Shown here in pieces: positions 25,692 through 35,601 of a stretch of DNA of 64,000 nucleotides. The stretch lies in IMG/VR virus record IMGVR_UViG_3300032220_001739; one strand, given 5' to 3'. This stretch comes from an uncultured virus (IMG/VR IMGVR_UViG_3300032220_001739) (lineage: Duplodnaviria > Heunggongvirae > Uroviricota > Caudoviricetes). Numbering within the stretch: the stretch's first letter is position 1; each line of letters starts with the position of its first letter. Under the pieces are notes generated by a model, which was given only the letters and a program-made list of their open reading frames with translations, searched no databases and had not been told where the DNA came from. The position numbers and the translations under genes were made by a program.

Positions 25692-25762
25692 GGTCATATA
25701 GACAAATGGTAAGTCGTTAGTCTGCAAAACTAAAGGTATCTGTTCGAATCAGATTATGACCT
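25692..25762 (+). tRNA. tRNA-Cys(GCA)
   Basis: Canonical cloverleaf: GGTCATA/TATGACC, anticodon arm TTAGT-CTGCAAA-ACTAA, T arm ATCTG-TTCGAAT-CAGAT, U73 discriminator; CCA not encoded. Confidence 0.92.
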
Positions 25763-25840
25763 CAATTTAACAATAGATTGGATGTCCTAAAATGTCCTCT
25801 ACTTCGAGAACAATTACTTCGGGTAGTAATTAGTTACCCG

Positions 25841-26257
25841 TTACAATTCTTTAGAAAAGGTTAGACCCGCATATCCTCTCGAGAAATCGAAAGAGAAGTT
25901 TGTGTTTGGTATGTAAACTGATGCTCCTAAATATTTACTATTTCCAGTTTCATCCTGCCAATCGTCTACGTATATCTCAATTCCCTTGTTTGCCAATAAG
26001 TCTGAAGCTTTGGATATGAAATCTGGATCATCTGGCTTAAACTTTACGATCTGCGATTTTATTGACGAGTCCATTGATATCTTAGGTACGTTCAGCAGAG
26101 ATTTTTTAAAATCAGAATTCATCTTTAGGTAGTCGACTTTACCAAATTTTGGAGCCTCGATCTTAAAATTAGTTAGAGCCATTTTTGGATCTGGTTTAAC
26201 TGTGGTAGACTGCCCACCCTCATTTATAAAATCTTCGAAAAGTTTTATGTTTTTCAT
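25841..26257 (-). CDS. hypothetical late protein
   Basis: Leader MKNIKLFEDFINE; GATATATA at 26274-81. Confidence 0.75.
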   Translation of the reverse strand: MKNIKLFEDFINEGGQSTTVKPDPKMALTNFKIEAPKFGKVDYLKMNSDFKKSLLNVPKISMDSSIKSQIVKFKPDDPDFISKASDLLANKGIEIYVDDWQDETGNSKYLGASVYIPNTNFSFDFSRGYAGLTFSKEL

Positions 26258-26359
26258 CGCTGATTTTTTATTTTATATATCTAGAGAATCCCTTTGTAAA
26301 TGAATAAATAAAGGAGGACCCGGATTTTTAAGGGTTCTTTTCAGTATAATAAAAGAACT

Positions 26360-26869
26360 ATGGAAAATCGAGTTGACGGTAACTGGAGAAGGCTAACAGA
26401 TTCACAAGAAATCGAATTGCTGTCTTATATTAAATCCTGGATGGACGAAAATCCGGGACACAAGATCTATATTGGATGCGACTCCCAAAACAAGGGTAGA
26501 TCTACAACTTATGCAACTGTCATAGTTCTCCACTATCCTAGCGGAGGTGGGCACGTCTTGTACAAAAAAGAGAAAATTGAAAAGGTGGCATCCAGTTTCG
26601 AGAGACTCTGGAAAGAAGTAGAGCTTAGTGTGGAAATTGCTAATCTTTTAATAGATTCAGGTCTAGGTAAACCCGATTGCATAGACGTCGATCTAAATCC
26701 AGATCCGAGATACAACTCAAATCAATTACTAAGAGCAGCTGTTGGTCTTATAGAATCCATGGGGATTCAGGCTAGATATAAATCGAAATCTCCATGGGCT
26801 ATTAGTATAGCTGACACCATGTGTAAAAATAAGGCCGGTAAGAAACCAAGAAAAAAACCAGTTAGATAG
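26360..26869 (+). CDS. RNase H-like YkuK/DUF458 family protein
   Basis: IYIGCDSQ...ERLWKEVELS...IDVDLNP...AD. Confidence 0.8.
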   Translation: MENRVDGNWRRLTDSQEIELLSYIKSWMDENPGHKIYIGCDSQNKGRSTTYATVIVLHYPSGGGHVLYKKEKIEKVASSFERLWKEVELSVEIANLLIDSGLGKPDCIDVDLNPDPRYNSNQLLRAAVGLIESMGIQARYKSKSPWAISIADTMCKNKAGKKPRKKPVR

Positions 26870-27162
26870 TGTCTTGCAAAGTAGTTCATTTTAGAAAGGA
26901 TCCCTATGATGTTTATATAGGAAGGGGATCTAAATGGGGAAATCCATTTTCTCATAAGGACGGGACAACGGCCCAATTTAAAGTTTCAAGTAGACAGGAA
27001 GCTATAGAAAGCTACAGAACATGGATAAAAACTCAGCCACATCTGATGGAAAGCTTATATGAGCTAAGGGATAAAACACTGGGTTGCTGGTGTAAGCCTC
27101 AAGGATGTCATGGTGATGTACTAAAAGAATTAGCCGACTCGTTGGGTCGTAATTTATTCTAG
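26869..27162 (+). CDS. DUF4326 family protein
   Basis: DVYIGRGSKWGNPF...LGCWCKPQGCHGDVL. Confidence 0.85.
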   Translation: MSCKVVHFRKDPYDVYIGRGSKWGNPFSHKDGTTAQFKVSSRQEAIESYRTWIKTQPHLMESLYELRDKTLGCWCKPQGCHGDVLKELADSLGRNLF

Positions 27163-27212
27163 TTACGAAATGATAATTTCTAGCGATATATAGATAAAAT
27201 CACTAGATTATA

Positions 27213-27971
27213 ATGGCATATAGAATTCTTTTTCGTAGAGACACAGCAGCTAACTGGGCAACTAATAACCCTGTTCTATCTGCGGGTGAACCTGGATTTA
27301 CAACAGACACAAACATATTTAAAATAGGAGATGGAGTTACCGCTTGGTCTTCTCTTCAGGATATAAATCCTGCAGGCGTAACCGGCCCAACTGGTGATGT
27401 TAATTTCGATAATATAGCATCCGACGTTATTGCTTCTGCCGATGCTACTTATAATCTAGGAACTCAAACATATCAATGGAATAACCTTTACGTTGCGGGC
27501 AGCATGTATCTTGGTGATTCCACTGTTACAGTATCTGGTTCCGGAACTAATTTTATATTAGCAGGGGGAACAGGAAATCAGATAACTGGAAATCTTGAAA
27601 TATCTGGTGATCTTACTGTAAATGGGACTACTAATATTAGACCATATAAGGTATATTCCGCTCTGGTTTCTCAGACATCCTCTCTAGATCCAACGGATTC
27701 AGTTTTAGAAAGCACTTTTAATAGCACATTAACTTGGAACAGAGACTACACTGGTAGATATACAGTTTCCTCCTCTACGGAGTTTACGATGGATAAGGTA
27801 TTTGTGATGTTCTCACAGAATGCTGCTCTAGCCACTTCAACGACACCTTGTCATTATAATTGGCAGTGGTACGATTCAAGCACGCTGTATGTTGAATCTT
27901 TAAATGTTGCGGGAGCTACAGCGGATAACCTTTTCTCTGCTACTTCGGTTGAGATTCGAGTTTATAATTAA
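27213..27971 (+). CDS. fibre/structural protein with an Mtd-N-like N-terminal domain
   Basis: RRDTAANW...NPVL..GE.G..TDT..FKIGDG.TAW..L. Confidence 0.75.
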   Translation: MAYRILFRRDTAANWATNNPVLSAGEPGFTTDTNIFKIGDGVTAWSSLQDINPAGVTGPTGDVNFDNIASDVIASADATYNLGTQTYQWNNLYVAGSMYLGDSTVTVSGSGTNFILAGGTGNQITGNLEISGDLTVNGTTNIRPYKVYSALVSQTSSLDPTDSVLESTFNSTLTWNRDYTGRYTVSSSTEFTMDKVFVMFSQNAALATSTTPCHYNWQWYDSSTLYVESLNVAGATADNLFSATSVEIRVYN

Positions 27972-28031
27972 TTTCTCCGAAATTAACTTATTTGCTACGG
28001 AATTTTTATGTATTATTGCGATAAGATTTTA

Positions 28032-30158
28032 ATGGAGAAAGAATATATGGAAAATTACGAGGAAGACTATGATCTAAACCTTTCGCCCTCTAACAAATAC
28101 GGGGACGACGAAGACGATGACACACCAACAGGTGGTTTCAAATCATCGCAGAATAAATCATCAAAAACACCTGCACTAGACACCTATTCGAGGGATCTGA
28201 CAGCTATGGCTGCTAGGGGTGAACTCGATCCTATTATAGGAAGAGATCACGAGATCGAAAGGGTATCCCAGATTCTATGTAGAAGAAAAAAGAACAATCC
28301 GGTCCTAATAGGAGAACCGGGGGTTGGTAAATCAGCAATTGCAGAAGGTATTGCCATCCGAATAGTTCAGAGAAAGGTTTCGAGAAATCTTCTTAATAAA
28401 AGGATCATTAGTCTGGACATTGCCTCGATTGTGGCCGGTACTAAATACAGAGGTCAGTTTGAGGAAAGAATGAAGGCTATCATCGAGGAGCTAAGAGACG
28501 ATCCTAGTGTGATCATCTTCATTGATGAAATCCACACTATGGTTGGAGCAGGTGGAGCATCAGGATCCCTTGACGCTTCGAATATGTTTAAGCCTCCTCT
28601 TGCTAGGGGTGAACTCCAATGCATAGGTGCCACAACCCTAAACGAATATAGACAGCATATTGAGAAGGACGGAGCTTTGGAAAGAAGATTTCAAAAGATC
28701 ATAGTAGAGGCACCAGATTCAGATACCACAATCAAGATCCTAAATAACATCAAGTCCAAATATGAGGAGCATCACAATGTCACATACACGGAGGATGCTA
28801 TTCTAAATTGTGTGAAGCTAACTGAGAGATACATCACAGATAGAAATTTTCCAGATAAGGCACTAGATGCTTTAGACGAGGCAGGGTCAAGAACACAACT
28901 AACAGAAGTTAAAGTTCCTGATGCAATCAAGAACCTAGAGAAGAATCTTGATAATATTCATATTGATAAAAAAGACGCAGTCACTAAACAAGACTACGAA
29001 GCTGCTGCTAAATTCAGGGACTTAGAAAGAAAGATCAGAGTTAATTTGGAGCTGGAACAGAAAAACTGGGAGAGTAAACTTAAGGAAGATCGAAAAGTGG
29101 TTGATGGCGATAAGGTAGCCGAGGTAGTTTCGATGATGAGTGGGGTTCCTTTGAAAAAAGTAACACAGGAGGAGAATGAAAAACTTGCTAATCTTAGTCC
29201 GGATCTTAAATCTAAAGTGATAGGACAGGATCCAGCTATCGAGAAAATAGCAAAGGCTATTCTTCGTAATAGAATGGGGCTAAAAGATCCTAATAAACCA
29301 ATTGGCTCCTTTATATTCCTAGGCCCTACGGGGGTTGGAAAGACTCAACTTGCCAAAGAATTAGCAAAACAATTATTTGGGGATGCCGATGCTCTAATCA
29401 GAGTCGATATGAGCGAGTACATGGAGAAGTTTAATTCGACTAAGCTCATTGGTGCACCTCCAGGTTATGTTGGTCACGAAGACGGAGGACAATTGACAGA
29501 AAAGGTTAGAAGAAAACCATACTCAATAGTTCTTTTCGATGAGATTGAAAAAGCACACCCGGATATCTTTAATTCCTTGCTTCAAATTCTGGACGAAGGT
29601 TTAATAACCGATGGTCTTGGCAGAAAGATTAATTTCAAGAACACCCTTATTATTCTAACCTCCAATGTTGGCCAGAGAAAATTAAATGAATTTGGATCTA
29701 GCATCGGATTCTCTAAGGACAAGGCGGAGAAGGCAAAAATAGAAGGCGAAATCCTGCTTAAGAAAGAGCTGGAAAAAACATTTTCTCCCGAGTTCTTAAA
29801 CCGACTTGACGAGATCATCTACTTCGATCCATTGGCTAAGGAAAACATTATTAAGATCCTTGATGTTGAATTGGATAGAATGAAACCTAGATTTGAAACA
29901 ATTGGCATTAAGATCAAGATAACTGACACACTAAAAGAGAAGATAGCTGAGGTTGGCTACGATCCTAAATTCGGTGCTAGACCTTTAAAAAGAGTTCTTC
30001 AGAAATACGTAGAGGACACTGTTGCTGAAACAATGATTAATAACAAGATCAATCCGGGTGACACCTTTACTCTTGACTTTGATCCTAAAAAGGAGGGGAC
30101 GACTTCTACCCCTGTAAAAGTTAAAATAACCGCCAAAAAGCAGAAGCCAACTGAATAA
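28032..30158 (+). CDS. clpC: ClpC/ClpA-family AAA+ chaperone lacking the Clp N-domain
   Basis: Two Walker A motifs (GEPGVGKS, GPTGVGKT), UVR-like middle domain, GARPL; short acidic N-terminus; the exact start (28008, 28032 or 28047) is uncertain. Confidence 0.9.
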   Translation: MEKEYMENYEEDYDLNLSPSNKYGDDEDDDTPTGGFKSSQNKSSKTPALDTYSRDLTAMAARGELDPIIGRDHEIERVSQILCRRKKNNPVLIGEPGVGKSAIAEGIAIRIVQRKVSRNLLNKRIISLDIASIVAGTKYRGQFEERMKAIIEELRDDPSVIIFIDEIHTMVGAGGASGSLDASNMFKPPLARGELQCIGATTLNEYRQHIEKDGALERRFQKIIVEAPDSDTTIKILNNIKSKYEEHHNVTYTEDAILNCVKLTERYITDRNFPDKALDALDEAGSRTQLTEVKVPDAIKNLEKNLDNIHIDKKDAVTKQDYEAAAKFRDLERKIRVNLELEQKNWESKLKEDRKVVDGDKVAEVVSMMSGVPLKKVTQEENEKLANLSPDLKSKVIGQDPAIEKIAKAILRNRMGLKDPNKPIGSFIFLGPTGVGKTQLAKELAKQLFGDADALIRVDMSEYMEKFNSTKLIGAPPGYVGHEDGGQLTEKVRRKPYSIVLFDEIEKAHPDIFNSLLQILDEGLITDGLGRKINFKNTLIILTSNVGQRKLNEFGSSIGFSKDKAEKAKIEGEILLKKELEKTFSPEFLNRLDEIIYFDPLAKENIIKILDVELDRMKPRFETIGIKIKITDTLKEKIAEVGYDPKFGARPLKRVLQKYVEDTVAETMINNKINPGDTFTLDFDPKKEGTTSTPVKVKITAKKQKPTE

Positions 30159-30167
30159 ATATAGATT

Positions 30168-30365
30168 ATGATCAATATTAAACTAGAAGGTAAAATGTCA
30201 ATAGAGCAAGCTCTAAAGAAGTACAAGATGAAATTCTCTAAGCACAAGGTAATTGAAGAACTAAGAGAAAGAACGCATTACGTAAAAGATAGTGTGAAGA
30301 GGAGGGATGAATTAAAAAGAGCCGAATATCGGGAAACAAAGAGAAGAGAAGAAAACGGAGAATAA
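30168..30365 (+). CDS. rpsU: ribosomal protein bS21, Bacteroidota-type
   Basis: SIEQALKKYKxKF...ELRERxHYVKxSVKRR...AEY; Tyr at position 54. Confidence 0.88.
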   Translation: MINIKLEGKMSIEQALKKYKMKFSKHKVIEELRERTHYVKDSVKRRDELKRAEYRETKRREENGE

Positions 30366-30366
30366 C

Positions 30367-30393
30367 AAAAAAGCCTGCTTAAGCAGGCTTTTT
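30367..30393. terminator. bidirectional intrinsic terminator
   Basis: A6GCCTGC-TTAA-GCAGGC-T5. Confidence 0.9.
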
Positions 30394-30411
30394 CTTTGCT
30401 CCTTTAATTTT

Positions 30412-30927
30412 TTATTTAGGAAGAACATTAGACATAACTACCTTCAATATGTAAGGTGGATTGTTACCGTCGGTACCTGTTAATTTTCTTTTTCCCGTTT
30501 CATACGGATATTTTTCAGTCATAGCTTTGTTTTTGATCTTCTTCTTAATTATTTCCCTATCATTCCCAGTTTCAACATAAAGTTTTTCGTTTGGTCCTTC
30601 AGCTTGTGGTTCGTCTGCTATAACAACTTCAGCTTCACCTATATTTCTAACAGCTCTTAAAGCTTTATCTACAACGCTATTTTTACCGTCAGATGGCCAA
30701 TTAGCAGCAAAAGCAAGCATGGATGCGGCTTTTTTCTTAATGTCTTTCCTTGGTACAATCTTAGATGTTGCTAGAGCATTAACAAGATCATCCGCTAATT
30801 TTTTACCACTTGAATATTTAGAGGAGATCTTATCCTCATCTGGAACATTTAATAGTTTGTGCATTAAACCCTTCTCGGCCTCTTCTATATTTTGTACAAA
30901 GTTTTCAAAAACTATTAAATTTTTCAT
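30412..30927 (-). CDS. hypothetical late protein
   Basis: Leader MKNLIVFENFVQNIEE. Confidence 0.7.
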   Translation of the reverse strand: MKNLIVFENFVQNIEEAEKGLMHKLLNVPDEDKISSKYSSGKKLADDLVNALATSKIVPRKDIKKKAASMLAFAANWPSDGKNSVVDKALRAVRNIGEAEVVIADEPQAEGPNEKLYVETGNDREIIKKKIKNKAMTEKYPYETGKRKLTGTDGNNPPYILKVVMSNVLPK

Positions 30928-30969
30928 TCTTAACCTTTTTTAGTTATATATTCTATAATAATAAAAAAA

Positions 30970-31161
30970 ATGGAAGCACTAAAAGAGAAGAGCCTAGAAA
31001 AAGAAATTGCTCACCTAAAAGCAGCTCTTGCTTTAGCAGTAGGTTCTTTAGAATCTATGAAATGGCTTATAAACTCAAAAGAGGATAGTGAGGAAAAGAT
31101 GGATCATATCAATTCTATCTTGGAAAGAGTTCTATCGGATATTGAAAAATTAGTAGACTAG
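30970..31161 (+). CDS. small helical hypothetical protein
   Basis: 63-aa ORF after TATAAT and an A-run. Confidence 0.55.
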   Translation: MEALKEKSLEKEIAHLKAALALAVGSLESMKWLINSKEDSEEKMDHINSILERVLSDIEKLVD

Positions 31162-31829
31162 ATCTTAACCGTTATCTTCTTGGTAATGTCACCAAGCTTA
31201 GATTCACCTGTTCTTTCGTAGGAGAGTGTAGAAAGTCCGTCCTTTAATATTCTCTCGGAAGAAGACTTCATTTGAAATAAGTTAAGCTTGTCTAGATTTT
31301 TTTGATATAATGAGTTTTCTATGAATCTCTCGTGAGACAGTGACCTGTATCTTCCCGGTTTCCTGAAAGTTCTCACGCCCATGATATTGCAACGAGTTAA
31401 TATATCGTCATCCTCTGCTCCCCATCCCCAGTATTCATTAGCGTATCCGTTTATCTTTTCGAAAGATTCTTTGTCGAACATGGTGACCCCACCGAAATAT
31501 CCGTCGTATGGTAATTTCCACCCAAATTGCTCGGCTTCAGTCGCCATGTGGGTTGGCGATTCGATTGGTGAATAGTCAGAGTTAACCGGAAGCATATCAA
31601 CGTCATGAAAGCAGAAATAATCACAATCTTTAGATTCATTAAACCCAACGTTTAGAAGCTTACCCCTGTTAAATGGTTTATCATCTTCCTGCTCAATGAT
31701 CAATATCTGAGTCCCGAATTCGTTTTCATCCTTTGGGAGGTATTTTAGATACTCCTCCATGAACGGTACAAATTGAGCTAGATGCTGTTCCCTGTTTCTA
31801 TAAGGTACTACTATCGACAGTTTCTTCAT
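31158..31829 (-). CDS. GT7 beta-1,4-galactosyltransferase-like protein
   Basis: IVVPYRNR, FNRGKLLNVG, FHDVD, YFGGV and YWGWGAEDDD motifs; start MKKLSIVV. Confidence 0.88.
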   Translation of the reverse strand: MKKLSIVVPYRNREQHLAQFVPFMEEYLKYLPKDENEFGTQILIIEQEDDKPFNRGKLLNVGFNESKDCDYFCFHDVDMLPVNSDYSPIESPTHMATEAEQFGWKLPYDGYFGGVTMFDKESFEKINGYANEYWGWGAEDDDILTRCNIMGVRTFRKPGRYRSLSHERFIENSLYQKNLDKLNLFQMKSSSERILKDGLSTLSYERTGESKLGDITKKITVKI

Positions 31830-31896
31830 GTCTATAAATACAGCAAATTCATCCTTTTGTTTCGAAACACCATTAGAATTTATAGTATAATATCCC

Positions 31897-32652
31897 ATGA
31901 AAGACAGCGATATAATTTTTATTACACCCACCCTACACACTAAGTGGCTGGGTTATCAAAGTGAGATAATAAAAAATCTTTTTCCGGGTAGCACTCACAT
32001 TATAGTAGACGGAAGACAAAATTGGCCCTATGCTTGGTTCTATTGGATGGACGAGATAAAAAACGTACCTGGTAAATGGTTCGTACACATAGACGAGGAT
32101 TGCTTCATAGAAAGCAAAGAAGAGTTGATAAGGCTCATTCAAAAAATGGAAGACGAGGGCTATTCTTTATCCGCAGTTTCCGACGGGTTCCACCATTACA
32201 GGGGTGCTAATGGAACGGCTATAAACTCGTTCTTCATGGTTGGAAAAAAAGAAGACTTTATGGGATCGAGCTTCGATCACAGCGACATTGAATTCAATTT
32301 CGATGGGAGGGGGTGGAGAAATAATAAAAATATAAATTTCGATCCGAGCAAACATACACATGACTTCCCATATCCACATGAAAAAATGGAGAATGGGGAA
32401 GACACTAGCTATGAACAGGAGCCCTATTATGCGCTTCTTTGGAAACTAAGAGAGGATGGGAAAAAATTCTACTACTTATATCCTAAATTTGACGAAAGAT
32501 TTAAGTCAACAAATCCAAGAATAGATTCCAGCTCAGAAGATATCGCTATACACATGTGGTATGCTAGGACATGGGAAAGCCCGATGGATGTACATGGAAT
32601 CCCTAATGTTGAAAGATATAGGAGGCTAGAAGAATATCTACTAAAAAAATAA
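31897..32652 (+). CDS. putative GT-A fold glycosyltransferase
   Basis: HIDEDCF DxD motif; lies in the glycan island. Confidence 0.5.
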   Translation: MKDSDIIFITPTLHTKWLGYQSEIIKNLFPGSTHIIVDGRQNWPYAWFYWMDEIKNVPGKWFVHIDEDCFIESKEELIRLIQKMEDEGYSLSAVSDGFHHYRGANGTAINSFFMVGKKEDFMGSSFDHSDIEFNFDGRGWRNNKNINFDPSKHTHDFPYPHEKMENGEDTSYEQEPYYALLWKLREDGKKFYYLYPKFDERFKSTNPRIDSSSEDIAIHMWYARTWESPMDVHGIPNVERYRRLEEYLLKK

Positions 32653-32674
32653 ATCTATCGAAGTAAAAATACTG

Positions 32675-33442
32675 ATGACTAATATGAAAAAAGGAATAAC
32701 CTATTTAACCTCATCGAATTACGGATATATCAGATTCTGTATATCTTCAGTTAAGAATTTCCATAATATATTCGGGAAACAAAATAAGCTAATTGTCCAG
32801 TGCTTAGATGAAAAAACCTTTGATGAGCTAGATGAACTATTGAAAAATTTAGAGTCTAGCAATATATTTCTGGAGAAAGAATATGGGGGTCCTATAGAAT
32901 TTCAAAATTTTTACAGCAACGGATTTATTCAGACCGTGTATAAGAAATTCACATTAGTATACAATAAGCTAAAAGAAAATCAATCTGTTTACTTTTTCGA
33001 TTCCGATGTTCATTTCTTCAGCGACCCAACCGATTATATTTTAGAGATGCTAGAAAAAAACGATCTAGTCTTTCAACAGGATGCTCCTTTAACTGATAAT
33101 CACGAGATAGGAGAGACTTACGTGTGCACAGGGAACTTCGCAGCAAAGAATTCAGAGGAATCACTGAAATTTATGGAGAAAGTTATATCGAAATTTGACG
33201 GTCTAAAAAACGACCAGGAGGTTGCTTACGAATATCTATATAGCTCTTGTCCAGGTAACGACATTAGAAATTATCCAAACGCAAAAATGGACATAATAGA
33301 CCCTCATAGGTACCAAAATGGATTCGATGCATTTAGATCCGGCTGGTATAAAAATCCCGATGTAGTCTGCGTTCATGCAAATCATATGGTGGGCATAGAT
33401 AACAAATTAAATGCTTTTAAGACATTGGGGGTTGAGCTATGA
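32675..33442 (+). CDS. nucleotide-diphospho-sugar transferase (GT77-like)
   Basis: FFDSDV, CTGNF, NDQ and VHANH...K motifs. Confidence 0.7.
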   Translation: MTNMKKGITYLTSSNYGYIRFCISSVKNFHNIFGKQNKLIVQCLDEKTFDELDELLKNLESSNIFLEKEYGGPIEFQNFYSNGFIQTVYKKFTLVYNKLKENQSVYFFDSDVHFFSDPTDYILEMLEKNDLVFQQDAPLTDNHEIGETYVCTGNFAAKNSEESLKFMEKVISKFDGLKNDQEVAYEYLYSSCPGNDIRNYPNAKMDIIDPHRYQNGFDAFRSGWYKNPDVVCVHANHMVGIDNKLNAFKTLGVEL

Positions 33443-34239
33443 TAACGTGCTCTTCAATAGGATATAACGGCAGACTAGCAAATCAGATTTTCCAGTTTGC
33501 ATCTACCATTGGTGTTGCAAGAAACTCGAGATATGATGTTAAGTTCCCGATAGAGAATTTTGTAAGTGGTAATCCTCATGACTATAACGGGGGTAAACTT
33601 TTAGATTGCTTTGATATACCAGAAGACTATTTTTTACAGATGGAAAAGATTGGAAGGGATATCAGATACCAATATCTAGAGAAAGATCTCTCCTACGATT
33701 CTTCTTTAGAATCAATACCTGATTTCGTTGATCTGAGAGGGTATTTTCAAACTGAAAAGTATTTTATTAAATCAGAGAGTGAAATAAGGGGGTGTTTAGG
33801 TTTCAAGGAATCTGTAAAATCAATGGGCGAATCCGTAGCTCAAATACCAGAAATGTCAGTTTCGGTTCACGTAAGAAGAGGTGACTATACCCAATTTTCA
33901 GACCACCACCCAACTCAGAAGATTGAATATTATGTCGATTCGATGTCTAAATTTGACGGGATACCTAAATTTATATTTTCCGATGATATCGAGTGGTGTA
34001 GAGAAAACCTCCAATCAATAGGGAATGATATTTTTTTGGTCGAGTGTGACGACCCATTCGCTAGCCTCTATCTTATGTCAAAATGTAAACATCATATAAT
34101 AGCAAATTCTTCCTTTAGCTGGTGGGGTGCTTGGCTTTCAGAATCGAAAGGAAAGGTCATAGCCCCCTCCATGTGGTTTGGTAATTCAATAAAGAAGGAT
34201 ACTAAGGATCTTTATTGCAAGGACTGGGAAACTATATAA
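33439..34239 (+). CDS. GT11 alpha-1,2-fucosyltransferase
   Basis: GRLANQIFQ, HVRRGDY, FSDDIEWC and NSSFSWWGA motifs. Confidence 0.9.
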   Translation: MITCSSIGYNGRLANQIFQFASTIGVARNSRYDVKFPIENFVSGNPHDYNGGKLLDCFDIPEDYFLQMEKIGRDIRYQYLEKDLSYDSSLESIPDFVDLRGYFQTEKYFIKSESEIRGCLGFKESVKSMGESVAQIPEMSVSVHVRRGDYTQFSDHHPTQKIEYYVDSMSKFDGIPKFIFSDDIEWCRENLQSIGNDIFLVECDDPFASLYLMSKCKHHIIANSSFSWWGAWLSESKGKVIAPSMWFGNSIKKDTKDLYCKDWETI

Positions 34240-34250
34240 AAAAATACAGG

Positions 34251-34952
34251 ATGGAAAAAATAGGAATCCTACTTCCAGTTTACAACGATGAGAAATATAT
34301 TGAATTTTGTTTGAAAAGCATAAAGAGACAGAATTACAAAAATTTCATCTGCCTTATAGGTTTTAACGGAACTAGTGACGGAAGTAAAAAGATAGTTAAA
34401 AAAACAATAGGTGATGATAATAGATTTATAATTTTTGATTACGGTGAGGATAAAGGTAAATCTATAACTTTAAACAAGCTTATAAAAGAAGTGCAAGCCC
34501 AGTATTTATGTCTAATGGACGGCGATGACTACTGGACACCCAATAAATTAGAAAGACAGATACCCTTTATCGGTAAACATGACGTTATAGGGTCGTTGTG
34601 TAATTACATGGACGAGCATAATAACACAACATCGACTATAAGACTACCCGAATTTGATATGGGTATAAAGATGTGGATAGAATCTATCAAAAATCCAATA
34701 GTGAATCAGTCATGTCTATTTAAAAAAGATGACATTATTGAAGCAGGTGGATGGAGATCAGATAAAGAAACTATAGAAGATTTTGATATGTGGATAAGAC
34801 TCGCAAGAGGAGGGAAGACCTTCTATAATATACAGGAACCTCTAGTTCATCACAGGATACATAGTAATAGCAATTTCAATTCAAATCCAGACCAAGGTGA
34901 TAGACTTAAACTAAATCTAATAATCACTCATTTTCAAAATCAAATACGATAA
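34251..34952 (+). CDS. GT2 glycosyltransferase
   Basis: LLPVYN, MDGDD, KLERQ and EDFDMW motifs. Confidence 0.88.
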   Translation: MEKIGILLPVYNDEKYIEFCLKSIKRQNYKNFICLIGFNGTSDGSKKIVKKTIGDDNRFIIFDYGEDKGKSITLNKLIKEVQAQYLCLMDGDDYWTPNKLERQIPFIGKHDVIGSLCNYMDEHNNTTSTIRLPEFDMGIKMWIESIKNPIVNQSCLFKKDDIIEAGGWRSDKETIEDFDMWIRLARGGKTFYNIQEPLVHHRIHSNSNFNSNPDQGDRLKLNLIITHFQNQIR

Positions 34953-34955
34953 AAT

Positions 34956-35597
34956 ATGCTAATAAAATTTGATACGATAGTAAAAAAATACGGCATACCT
35001 AAGGGTATAATACACTTGGGTGCGCATTTAGCTGAAGAGCTAGAAGATTATCTGCAATATGATCAAAAAAATGTTGTGTGGATAGAGGCTAATCCTGATC
35101 TATACAGCAATCTAGAGGAAAGAGTTAATAATGCGGGCCATCTATCTTTTTGCGAATTGCTATCAGACGAGGATGATAAGGATATGAGCTTTAATATAGC
35201 TAAGAATCATTACAATGGCAATTACCAATCCTCCTCTGTTTTAGATTTCGGAACACATTCAGTTCACCATCCGCATATAGTAATGGAGGGTAGCTTAATT
35301 TTAAGATCTAAAAGGATAAGCACAATTTTTTCAGAGAATAAAATTAGCTTCGATGATTATAACTTCGTAAACATAGATTTACAAGGATATGAATTACCCG
35401 CTATAAAAGGATTTGGCGATGCCATATCTAACATGGATTACATATACACTGAAGTAAATACGGGGGAGGTCTATAAAGGATGTACTAAAATAGAGGAGCT
35501 TGACGAATATCTGGGTTCATATGGGTTTCAAAGAGTTGAAACTGAAATGACCGATGCAGAATGGGGTGATGCTTTTTATATAAAAATTAAAAATTAG
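34956..35597 (+). CDS. FkbM-family methyltransferase
   Basis: HLGAH..EE, WIEANP, IDLQGYEL and WGDAFY motifs. Confidence 0.85.
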   Translation: MLIKFDTIVKKYGIPKGIIHLGAHLAEELEDYLQYDQKNVVWIEANPDLYSNLEERVNNAGHLSFCELLSDEDDKDMSFNIAKNHYNGNYQSSSVLDFGTHSVHHPHIVMEGSLILRSKRISTIFSENKISFDDYNFVNIDLQGYELPAIKGFGDAISNMDYIYTEVNTGEVYKGCTKIEELDEYLGSYGFQRVETEMTDAEWGDAFYIKIKN

Positions 35598-35601
35598 CAT
35601 A

